From Actinomycetota bacterium (GTDB taxonomy: Bacteria; Actinomycetota; Actinomycetes; S36-B12; UBA5976), in the NCBI GenBank assembly GCA_026392515.1, contig JAPLBY010000030.1:2902-66901 (forward strand): a DNA stretch of 64,000 nucleotides, in the 5' to 3' direction. The translations under genes and the position numbers were made by a program. The notes below the pieces were generated by a model. That model was not told the DNA's origin. It worked only from the letters and a program-made list of their open reading frames with translations, and did not search any database. Positions 38,927-50,400 of the stretch are shown here, in pieces; the stretch's first letter is position 1; every line of letters starts with the position of its first letter.

Positions 38927-40180
38927 TCAGTGGCTAGGAAGCTCTGCTGATCTCTTCCCGATTACGGCAACGGCTATCACGGTTGCAAGCAACATCGGAA
39001 TGTAAGTCGTTGATGGGAACAGTACGAATCCAAGCAAAAGTGCCAAGGCTGGGCGACGAATTCCAACTGCGCTGGCTGCTACAAATCCAGCAGCCACCAA
39101 ACCAAGAGTTGCTGAGCTGTTTACTAACTCAGCAACCAATAACGCAGTGCCCGCTCCGATGAAAGCAAGTGGGAAAATCTGACCGCCATACCAACCACCG
39201 GCTAGACAGGCAATTAGTACAAGTGTCTTTAGCGCAACAACAACCAATAGGTTGCCGATACCGATTGGTGAATCGAGAATCTCTTGAATCTCATGGTGGC
39301 CAGAGAACAGTACTAATGGCGTAACTACCGCACTTGCTCCAAGAATCAATCCACTTAATAATCCAGCAGGAATGGCACCACCTGGAATTTTAGAAACAAC
39401 TAATTCACGAGCCTTTGGTGTAGCGCGAACAATCGCAAGTCCTAGAGATGCTGCAAGTACCGCGATTAAAGCCACCCAAATTAAATTGATACTAAATCCG
39501 ACTTCAGCGGAATTGGCTGAGGTGAATTGATGAATACCGATTTCAGGCAATAACTTTGTAATCACAAACAATGAAGAGATCGCAGCCACGATCTCTGGGC
39601 CTCTGACAACAATCCTTTGACCAAGATTTCGATTCTTGGCTTTTTCTTCACTTTCGATTCCAGCAAGTACTAATGGCACACCGAACAACACACCAAGGGA
39701 ACCAGCTACTGAAAGTTCAACAACTCGGGCTTGTGTAACGCGCAAAATGTGTGACAGTCGAGAACTTAGCTGTGCAACAAGTGCGATCAGTGGAGCCTCT
39801 GGGCCTAACGGTCCACCGAAGCCAAGCGAAACAACGCCAAGACCAGCGCGGCCAAAGATCAACCGAGCTGGTGGCGCTTGCTTGGTCTCAACATCTTCCA
39901 TATCAGCGATGGCTTCAGTTAGGTCATGGACTTCAGATCTTGACTTTTCAGCTAGTTGATTCAGCACGCCAACTAACAGTCCGCCAACAACACAAATACT
40001 TAGAACTACTACTGGGTTGATTCGCTCTAGTTCCGAAGTCCAGATCAGTTCTTTCGCTGTCTTTACTGCGAAAAGAAAACCAATAGATATGAACCCAACA
40101 CCAGCACCAAGTGCGGCCGCGATCAAATAAACCTTTGGGTTGTCTACATCGACTGATTTACCCTGCGTTTGCTCGGACAT
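38927..40180 (-). CDS. ClC-family (voltage-gated chloride channel-like) membrane protein
   Basis: 417-aa polytopic ORF with GGPLGPEAP (GxEGP-like) and GGQIFPLAFIGAG (GxFxP-like) motifs. A divergent family member. Confidence 0.6.
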   Translation of the reverse strand: MSEQTQGKSVDVDNPKVYLIAAALGAGVGFISIGFLFAVKTAKELIWTSELERINPVVVLSICVVGGLLVGVLNQLAEKSRSEVHDLTEAIADMEDVETKQAPPARLIFGRAGLGVVSLGFGGPLGPEAPLIALVAQLSSRLSHILRVTQARVVELSVAGSLGVLFGVPLVLAGIESEEKAKNRNLGQRIVVRGPEIVAAISSLFVITKLLPEIGIHQFTSANSAEVGFSINLIWVALIAVLAASLGLAIVRATPKARELVVSKIPGGAIPAGLLSGLILGASAVVTPLVLFSGHHEIQEILDSPIGIGNLLVVVALKTLVLIACLAGGWYGGQIFPLAFIGAGTALLVAELVNSSATLGLVAAGFVAASAVGIRRPALALLLGFVLFPSTTYIPMLLATVIAVAVIGKRSAELPSH

Positions 40181-40273
40181 ATTTGGAAAGCATAACGGAC
40201 TAATCGGACCTGTCTTGCAGGAAAACTCTCTGTTATGAGGATATTCTGAGAATCAAATGAGTTTAAGGTTGGA

Positions 40274-40987
40274 GTGAAAATGAAGCGTGCAATTAACTGG
40301 TGGACTAAGTTGTCGCCGACTTTATTGCAAGTTTTGGGTGTTATCTTCTTGGCTGGTTATGCCTGGCCAATCATCAATCCAAATCTCTCCCCTGCGCTAC
40401 ATTCACTTTGCAATTGGACACTTTTTGTAATTTGGGTTTTCTTTGCCTTTGATTACTTTGCCCGATTGTCAATAGCTGACGACAAGCGATTATTTGTTCG
40501 CAAAAATTTGCTAGATCTAGCTGCAGTGGCATTGCCATTCCTTCCGCTGCTTCGTGCAATTCGCGCACTTGCTGCGGTAACTGTTTTGTCGCGCCGTAAT
40601 CGTGGATCACGAAGTCAACAAGTTACCACCTCTGTTGTAACGCTTGCATTTGCAACCTGGTTTGTTGCTGGGCTTGCCGTTACTGAAGCTGAGCGTCATG
40701 TTGATGGTTCAAACATCCAAGGCGTTGGTGACGGTTGGTGGTGGGCCATCACAACAATGGCAACCGTTGGTTATGGAGACACTTTCCCTGTTTCGACACA
40801 AGGTCGAATTGTTGGCACTGCGCTAATGATTATGGGAGTTGCTTTACTTGGAACAATCACCGCATCGATTGCTTCTAATTTCAATTCAACAGATTCTGAA
40901 GATTCATCCAATGGAACATCTTCAGCATCGGAAGTAGACGACTTGAAAAAGCGTGTTGCAGAACTTGAAAGCAAGCTCGATAAATAA
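40274..40987 (+). CDS. Potassium channel (6-TM-like with S4-type Arg repeat, TVGYGD selectivity filter)
   Basis: WWAITTMATVGYGDTFP pore signature, an upstream LRAIRALAAVTVLSRRNRGSR segment and a C-terminal coiled-coil tail. Confidence 0.85.
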   Translation: MKMKRAINWWTKLSPTLLQVLGVIFLAGYAWPIINPNLSPALHSLCNWTLFVIWVFFAFDYFARLSIADDKRLFVRKNLLDLAAVALPFLPLLRAIRALAAVTVLSRRNRGSRSQQVTTSVVTLAFATWFVAGLAVTEAERHVDGSNIQGVGDGWWWAITTMATVGYGDTFPVSTQGRIVGTALMIMGVALLGTITASIASNFNSTDSEDSSNGTSSASEVDDLKKRVAELESKLDK

Positions 40988-40996
40988 TCTCGTAAT

Positions 40997-41389
40997 TTAG
41001 CTTTCGGTAAGTTCGCTTAAATCTGGTGGCACATCAACACTGTGAGCAATCAAATCTTCGGAATTGATGTATTCCAGCGCTGCTTCGTTGGTTGCAGCCA
41101 AAACTACGCCGCAAGCCGCGCCATCTTCCAGGGCCTGCTGCCACCGCGGTGCACAAACCGCCCAGCGATCCCCTGGCTTTAATCCGGCAAAGCCAAATTG
41201 TGGTGCTGGCGTTGAAAGGTCGTTACCAACGGACTTTTGATGCTCAAGGAATTCAGCTGAAACAACAGCACAGACTGTGTGACTACCAAAGTCAGATTCG
41301 TCTGTTGTTGTAAAACCATCACGGAAATAACCAGTCACTGGATCTAGGCCACAAACTTCAAGTGGTTCACCAAATACGTTCTTTTGCAT
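40997..41389 (-). CDS. DUF2237 domain protein
   Basis: NVFGEPLEVCGLDPVTGYFRDG and HTVCAVVSAEFLE are typical of DUF2237. Confidence 0.75.
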   Translation of the reverse strand: MQKNVFGEPLEVCGLDPVTGYFRDGFTTTDESDFGSHTVCAVVSAEFLEHQKSVGNDLSTPAPQFGFAGLKPGDRWAVCAPRWQQALEDGAACGVVLAATNEAALEYINSEDLIAHSVDVPPDLSELTES

Positions 41390-41434
41390 AACCCAAGACT
41401 CTCACGGATAGCTAAGGTCCGCATTTAACCCGGC

Positions 41435-44400
41435 CTAGAAAACGGTGATTGTTCCTGCGGACGCTAGTGGACTTCTAGTTGCATCTCCCGAGTTACTAAA
41501 AGTCACAGTGCAAAGGCCCTTTTTCTTTGTTGCCTTGACGGCCCAACCGGTTTGCATCTTTACTTTCTTTTTCTTTATCTTTTTGCCCACCAAAACCTTT
41601 TCGGTGACCGTCTTGGTAATCTTTGTTGTTTTGCACTGACCCACAGATGTGACTTGAAGCGGCAAACCAGACGGTGCTGTAATTCCAAACTTGACGGTTT
41701 TGCCACGCTTTAATCGAGCTGGGAAACCTGGACCAGTCTGTGCAATCATTTGCGGCACAATCGTGGATGATAAATCAGGCCCAGGATTATTCACAACAGG
41801 TGGCTGGCTTGGGCTTGGCGAGTTTGATGGGCTTGGCGAGTTTGATGGGCTTGGCGAGTTTGATGGGCTTGGCGAGTTTGATGGGCTTGGCGCTGTCGAT
41901 ACCATTACCGACGCACTTTCCCGCCACGCACCTTTTCCTGTATCTCCAGCTTCATTTCTATCCTCGCGAATCGGGCGTACTCGGAATTCATATGTGAGGC
42001 CTTCTGAAAGCTCTTGCACTAAATAGGTGCTCGTATCATTTGCGTCGGCAGTGATTTCATCAAGATGAGTCCACGAATCAGCTCCTTCCAATCGGTATGA
42101 AATTTCATACTTATCGGCAAATTCAACACGATCCCAGATAAGCCTGACGGATCCACCCAGATCCGTGACTTGAATTTCATCCACTTGTTGAGTAAAAGCT
42201 TGGCAATCTATATCAGAAAGATTAGGGAAGCGAAGACGAGAATTCGATTTGAAACCATCGGCTGTGATTTCGCTTGTAGAATTTGACAAGAAATTTTCTA
42301 CTTGATTCCAGGCATTCAAGGAAGCCATTCGATCGCATCCAGAATCATATCTTGCATACGATTCAAACCAACTAAACTCATTACTGTCTCCTGGCTCCAC
42401 GAATAGGTAATTTTTAGACCAGAATTGATTTCTTGCAATGTTTCTATTGCCTTCAAGTCCGAGTCCGGCAAGATTCTCTGATTCCGCCGATGGATTGACT
42501 CTAACTACCATGCGACCATCCCCAGCTTCATAGTCGTTGCTTATGTTATCGCCGTCACTGGCCACTGCTATTTGGGAAAGTGAGTTGAATTCTTCTAGCA
42601 GATTTTGTTTTTGTCCTTCAACTTCAAGTAACGGTTCGTCGCCAATCCCTAAGTCACCGCCATACCAAACAGAATTCAAGTAAGAGTTCTCGCGGTCATT
42701 GTTATCTATTGAAATAGAAGTCTTTACCCACGGTGAATCTGCCGCAAAGAACCTGGTTAAGCGCACTGTTAATGGAGTTTCTACTATTCCATCATCGACA
42801 GTTACCGAACCACATCTAACTGTGGTTCCCTCTGTTTTCTTTGAAATGATTGCTGGGTTGGATGGTGTGTTTATGCAAGAGATCGTCGTTGGTGAATTCT
42901 CAGAACCGATTCGAACTGCCCCGCCAGTTAGCGCCTCGAAAATATCACTCCCGTTAATGCTGTAGCCGTTAATCTCCGCACTGTCCATTGCCCAGAAGGT
43001 GTCGGCTTCTTTGACAATCATAAATGGGGCTAAAGAGCTGTGAATTGACTGCTTTAAAACCTTATTCCAGCTTGCATCGGTATCGCCAAAATCATTTGAA
43101 AGGGCTACGATCCATCCCTTATTAACCATGAAACTAGTTACCAACGATGTTGAGTTCAACCCATCTGTCCCATCAGTTACGCCGTAGTTTGATGCGTACC
43201 CATCAGGGGATAGACCGGACAAATCCAATCCATCAAGTCCATATGTTTCAAGTGTCGGTGGTAGCGATGTATTTGCCCCGTAGTTTCGGCGCACGCCAGT
43301 TTCAGGTAGCACTGTCGCGGATTGGATCTGGGCGTCTTCTGGTTCGTCAAGGTAAGCGAAACGATTCAAATCATTAACATATGAAGCTGCGCCCGTAAGC
43401 ACAATGCGCCCGCCGTCGAATACCCAATTTCTCAGCACCTCAAAGGCTTCAATGCTCATAATGGCTGAATCCCATATTCCATCATTGCCAACGAGACTAG
43501 GTAATAAAACTACGTCTATACCTTCTAGGGCATCTCGCCATGCGTCAGCCGATCCCATTATCGATCCTTCGCCATATCCTTGACCATCAAAGACCTCTAC
43601 GCTTACAAACGGGCTCGAACAAGCCGCACTTAGGATCTCCGAGTCTGATGTTGCTGGATTCGTGCTTGTTCCCGAATTGGGCTTAGTACTCAACATAAGT
43701 ACCTTCAACTGGGGATTCAGCGAGGTGCAACCTGTAAGGCCGAAATAGAAAGGTGAAGATACCTGCCATGGGGCTGCTTCGGAAGCCAAGTTTTTAACTC
43801 TGATCATCCAGGTATCGCCAATCACAGGCCCGGATCCATGAGAGATCCCATCACCGATTATTTCTACTGTAATAAGAGTTGGCGAGGAGTCTTCGACTAG
43901 GAATGCTCCACCCCAAGTCTCTCCAAGATCAGTCGAAAGTTCGTATACATATTCCGGGTTTAGCTCTGCACCCACAGATGGCCAACTTGCAAAAACACGT
44001 CCCATGTCATTGAACAGATAGGGACCATTCGTAGCTGCTAACAAAAATTCAACTGATGAACTTCCTGCAAGGTTATGGGCCGTCAACGTAAAGCTTGAAG
44101 TCTCGACTGCCTGAAGAGGAGTACCAGTGATCTCACCTGTCTCCGCGTTCAAACTCAATCCATCTGGGAGATCAGGTGAAATGGTGTAGTAAGAAACCGT
44201 GCCTCCTGAGCTATTAAGCCAAGCATTGGTTTGTAAAGTAAATGGAGCGCCAACTGCTGTTGCAAAACTGCTTCTTAATGCCGTTATAACTGGCGCAACG
44301 ATATTGTTGTCGCTGTTATGCTCATCAATGATCTCTTGTGCTTGTTCCGGTGACAAGATGTAGGAAAAAGTCACAGTTTTAGTTGAACCTGCACTAATTG

Positions 44401-47400
44401 TGCCCAAGTCAAAGCCTAGGCCAATTCCTGAATCCCCAAATACCTGAGCACCCGGTGTGATGTTTACGTTAATGCATGTCTCGTTTCCACGGGGAACGCA
44501 ATCATTTTCCAACATTCCTGTAACGAAATCGACTGCTTTTTGCGAACCGAACCCATCAAAGCCAAATTCATCTTCATTCTCATACTGCAACGCAGCAACC
44601 GAATTGGGATCAGTAGAAACCATTCCAAGGTAAGAGTGAGGAGCGGTTAAATCAGTAGGCGCAACTTGATCATTGCAGTCGTCCATCATTATGGACGAAA
44701 CTAGTGACAGACCGTCGCTGGTACTTGCCTGAGCTTCAACGGTATTTAAACTGCTCCAGCCGCCGTCAATTTCTCGACAGGCATAAACATTTGCATCATT
44801 ATCAACTTGGCGTACATAATACACATCTTCTAGTGCTACATCGGAAGTATTCGTTAGCGTGACCGTGACATCGAGACGCTGATCGTTTACTGGCACTGCT
44901 GCAACTTGCGCTACCTGTAATCCGTTGGACAGTACTTGTGAGGTCCAAGTGCTTTGCTGTCTATCTGAATTAGTTTCTGCGACTTCGCTTAGCCGGGCAA
45001 TGTCGGTTTCTTGATGATTGTTGAAGTAAGAATTCCCACCTATATCTACTCCAAAACCCTCAAATGGTGTGCCTGGAACAAAGAAGTCACCATCGTCTTG
45101 CCCGACTCCCCAGCCATCTTTGTCTCGATCAGATACGAAACCAATGCGATCGGAAGATCCGCCACCTCCAGGACCTTCACCTTCACCACCGTCTCTTGGG
45201 TGGTAGCCGTCAGGAGCTGAACCCGTGCTACCAAAGTGGCCATTGCCACCAATGCCGACTTCGACGTAGGTTCCTTGAAGGAAGCGATCATCCGCAACTG
45301 GATTACTTGCGGTTACAACTAAATCCCCAGCAGCAGCTAAGTTGATAACTTCCACCCAAGGAGATGCGTCTTCACTAGAGGGGTCTTCGTACCAGTCAAA
45401 CCCAAAGTAGTAGACCATTCCACCGGCGTTAAAGGTGTTTTCAAATGATGCCACTGCGTATGTGTCATAACCCGAAGAAGCTTTATACAAGCCCTTCGCA
45501 TTAACCAAACTGAGCATTTCCCATTCTGTAGGACCAAAGGCTTCTGTACTTAGTGCTGACGTGCCATTTGCACGAGCGAGAGTTGACGGGGCCTCGAAAT
45601 TAACATCTTCACTTCGATCGAATGAAGCAGTATTGGACCAATCTGATTCAAATAGAATTTGAGTCCCAAGCAGATAATTGATATCAGTGAGGTGTGAGTA
45701 TGCACCTGTAAAAATCACTGGGTGACTCTCATTATTCCAATATCGCAGTCCCGACCAGATAGTCTCTGAAATCAAAAGCTCGCCATTTAACGAAGTGGTT
45801 GCTAGGTCTCTCTCGCTATCCATCTCTGGAAAAATCAGCGCAGATGCGCCTTGCAAGTTCATTCCCCAGGCAAATTCTGATCCGTCACCACCATCAAAGA
45901 CGTTGACATCGAAATTCTGACAGAGCGAAGTCAGTAAATTTGAGTCTTCGGCACCCGGCGAAGTATCGGTCATTGCATTGCCGTCGTCATCCGGGTTTCC
46001 ATTGCTAAACATGGTTACAAATTGATCTGTATTTGAGTTGTCGCAATCTTCCAAAACATTGGCAGGAAGAGAAACTTCGAAATCATCCCAGTTTTCCACT
46101 CCATATTCAGGCAAATACCATTGTGCTAGATAACCACCAACTAGAGCGTTTTCTGAAGGGCTGCTCTCCCACTTAAGGAAATCAGCTCCAGATGTATACA
46201 TAAATGTGTAGTTCTTAACAGTGTCACTTTCAGGGAGTTCATTAGACATCCAACGACTAGACATCCATGAAGTTAGTCCGTCTCTGATTCCATCCACCCA
46301 ACGCCAAGTTCCTTCGTCGGCTTGATCTGTAAGTCCAATCCATAGTCGCTCTGGGAGATTTGGCGTTGTATTGAGAAAGTTTTCCATTGCAAAGAATTCG
46401 GAATCAGTAACTCCTGAAGCTAAGTATCCATTAACACCTGACACAACAGAGTCATTTGATTGCGCTGCGGAACGTGCTTCACTCCATGTCATTGCCTCGC
46501 CAGGCTCGAAAACAGTGGCGCCGTAAAGTTGCTTTGAAATCGGATCGAATTTTGAATCGGCAGCTATTACACCGGCTTGAATTTTCGCTCCGTAATACGG
46601 GGTAATTGCGATCTTTCCAAGTAAGCAGTTCAAAGCACCTTGAGTTCCCATCGCAATCAACTGCGGTGACGTATCATTCGTTTCGCGTAGTGAGCCATCT
46701 GGGAATGAAATTCCCGAGCATTCATCGATACTTGTGTATCTAAATTGGCCATTGCTGATTGTCATTGCAAGACTTAATTGAGCTGCGGGATCAAACCCAG
46801 AAATTCTCGTTCGGTATGACGGAGTAAGAACTACTTCTTCGCCATCGACAAGATCAACATCAAGATTGATTAGTCCCTGATCATAAATCACCGGTTCTGG
46901 ATCAATTACTATGCTGAAGTTTTGCGTAGAAGAGTTTTCGTTTGAATCAGTGACTTGAACTGTAAATGTAAATGTGCCCACTGTCGATGGAGTCCCGGAT
47001 AAAGCTCCAGACGAAGAGAGTGCCATGCCTGGTGGCAAATCTGATCCGAGAGCTAGTGAATAAACATATGGTGACGTGCCACCATCTGCAGTCAAGGTGT
47101 ACGCCGAATATGGTGAATTAACTACGCCAGTTGGAATTGCCGCTTTTGAAATTGCAACTGCTTCAAATCTAATTGAGTTTGCTTTTAAGAATACCGCTGG
47201 TGATATTGCGTCATCATTTGCGTTTGCGATACCCATAGTTACATGAACATTTTCCGACGCGGACTTGAACTGGGAGATATCCACAACGCAAGACATGACT
47301 TGGGATACATCGACAGCATGTAATGGAGACTCTCGATCGACTGTTCGCGAGAAACCTGCAAGACGCAGATTGCCGACCGAAAGATATCTTTGGCTTAGCG

Positions 47401-50400
47401 TGGCACCAGGTACTGCACCATCTGGAAGAATTGCGCAGTTATCGGCTTGACTTTGACCGCCTACAAAAAGCGCAAACCCATCGGGATATTCATATGCTTC
47501 ACCACCAGTTTCGGTGCCAGCAATTGCGTACTCGAATTTCAAGAAATTTTGAGTTGGTTCAACATCGAAATCAATAAATGTTGAGTTATATGCACAATCA
47601 CTTCCAGGACCTGATCCATTTGTGCAAATTGGGCGATACTCGCCACCAATAAATGACATGACATTTGGTATCCAACTTTCAGAATTCCATAGTAGATCGT
47701 TTATTGCTGCTGAATTGGATTCGTAGGTCGAGTTTGTATTTGGATAGTTGATGCCATCTCTATTAGTTAATTCACTGGCTCTTTCGAAATATCTGACATT
47801 TGCCGGAGACATTAAAATTCCATTGGAAAATCCTACTGAAGTTTCGCCATAACTGAATCTTCCAAATTTTGAAGCAAAATCTTCTGAAAATGAACTCTCA
47901 CCATCAATTAGCACGTTGCTTATATGAACGCCAGAGTCAACAAGCTCCGAAACGAAAGTTAGCGGATTCCAATACCCATCTTCGACGGAATATCCATCTT
48001 GTACTGATTGGATTTGAAGTTCGTTTCCTGGGACACCAAAGGCCGAGAGGCTAAACTCACTATCCCCAACTCCATTGTTAGCAGACACTCGAACTTCGTA
48101 ACGTTCACCATTCGTAAGGCCTCTAATTGAATATGGCGCAGTGGCGGACGACGAGGCATCTGTCCAGATCGAATCATTCACGTTGCGATATTGAACTAAA
48201 TAGCTAGAAATTGCCGAGCCCCCCAAATCATTAGGTGGGTCCCAACGAACTGAAATCGCCCCATCCAAGCCTATGGTTCGGACATTTATAGGTTCGGAAG
48301 AATTGGTCGCAACTGGAGGTGCAATCGCATTACCAAAATGGTAGACGTACCTACCATCAACGTTGGAGTTGTAGAGTCCCTTATTTATGGGAAAGGCTGC
48401 CCCATCTGTTACTTCATCTGCCCCAAGGCCGTTGTATTGAAGTAGCGTTGCCTCGTCAGATAGCGAAGTTAGTTGCGGATTCCAATCTCCATTTTCATCT
48501 TTGTAATTTGTGCCGAGTCCGACCGCTACGCAACGACCAGATAGGGCATCGCACGGATAGCTTGGGCCCATAAAATTGGATCCATATCCATTGCCGGAAT
48601 CCAACATTGAGCCATAGTTAACAATTACGTCCGCAGAACCAAAGCTTGGTGAACCTGGATCTGATGATGAACTTGTGTCCTTGATAATGATTTGAAAAGT
48701 ACTCCAAAGGTTTGTTCGATCAATCACATTCTCTGAGTCGTCGTAACCTTCATTCTCTGAGTCGTCGTAACCTTTAGAGTTCATCCAGGTAGCAACAAAT
48801 GCTTGCTTTCCGTCAATGGTGGTCTTACCCCAATAAAAGAATTCCTGGTGCCGAGAAGAGTCCCAGACATAATCGGTATTCCTGACATCGCGATTGTCTA
48901 GATCAACCGCATAAGGAGCAATTACGCTGCCCCCAGTGTCACTGTCACATTTCAGAATTACATCAAGGGGCGTGTCGTAACAAGTGGATGGGCTTCCAAA
49001 TGACACCGATCCATTTGAATTAACGTAGATACTGCTGTATTCGTGGCCGTAAAAATTGATAGTAAAGCCAAGTGGCAATCCTGATAGTTCCTGAGCACCT
49101 GGTCCTTCTGTAACGCCTTCGGCGCCAACGCTACAGTCATCGCAAGCCCAGCCATTTCTAGCGGTAAACGAAGCACCGTTTGGGCCGAATCCATTGAACT
49201 CGGATGCAAATTTCTCGTCCCAAGAACTACCGGCGATAACAGGAGTGGTCGAATCGCCATTGCTTAAATCGCAGCCAATGGGATACCCATTTGAGTCGAG
49301 CAGAATATTGTTAGCAAAATCTTGACCTCGATAGTCAATACAGCCCGCAACTTCCGAGGGTGAATCCGAAGGAGATGGTGAATCTGAAGGAGATGGTGAA
49401 TCTGAAGGAGATGGTGAATCTGAAGGAGATGGTGAATCTGAAGGACCCGGGGTGCCCGTGTTTGAAGGTGATGGCGAAGGCGATGGTAGGTTCCCGCCTT
49501 CTACATAAATTCCATAAGTGTCGCTTAGGAATGACTCGACTGCGGCATATTCCTCGGCAGTTAATTCGCGATCGAATGCAGTAACATCTGCAACTTGAAA
49601 ATCTGATGATTCATATGTTGCGAAATTACCATTATTGATTGTTAATTGTCCTGGTCCAACTCCATCTGAAAATCCATCAATACTCCGAGTAATTCCATTA
49701 CTGCGATAAAGATTCTTCTGATCAGTTGATATAACCCAGTCAAGATTGTGAACCGAAGTAGTGGGAATCATCCAACCATCAGCATATGAATTTGTTCCAG
49801 CTGCACCGTGATAGGCAACTCCTGAGCGTCCAATACCAGATGGATCACCTGCTCCATGGAATCCGGATAGCCAGTTTCCACCATCTCCATCACGTCCATC
49901 AAATATTCGTTGATAACTTCCGGATAGCACATCGTTATATCGAGCTACTGAGAATAGCGTGTAATCACCTGTCATCATGTTGCTTGGAAATGTAATTCCA
50001 TCCGAAGGGGTTCCTTGCACGGTCAAGAAGCTAGAAACATTATTTGTGCCATAACCGCTTGAACTAAAGTTTTGCACTGGCAAACCTGAAACTACTGCCT
50101 GCCTTGTTTCGTCTGTGGGATGCATGTAATCGGGCCAATACCCGGAAATCACTTCAGTGGCATTAACGAAATCTTGGGCCCGATAGCGCGAAAAATTCGA
50201 ATTAGCGATTGGAATGGATATAACGACCCGGCCGGAAGCACCATCGCCACCGGGTCCACCGAATCCATCGGCTTCGCCACCACCCATTCCGGAATTTGCC
50301 CAACCAGAAATACCGTTTGTATCTTGCGTGCCACCAAATGCAACATTGGTAAACCCTGTAAGTATCGGATCATACTCCGGCGTTGTTGACATTGACGGGT

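Noticed and set aside
43295-43309. LPETG, a canonical sortase recognition motif, in the giant protein
   Set aside because: It is internal, about 600 aa from the C-terminus. It is not followed by a hydrophobic segment plus a basic tail, so it is most likely a chance occurrence.
49359-49448. Regular 18-bp repeats (also at 41811-41900) that could be mistaken for a CRISPR-like array
   Set aside because: The units are directly adjacent with no spacers. They are in frame within a long ORF and encode a Ser/Pro linker, so this is not a CRISPR array.
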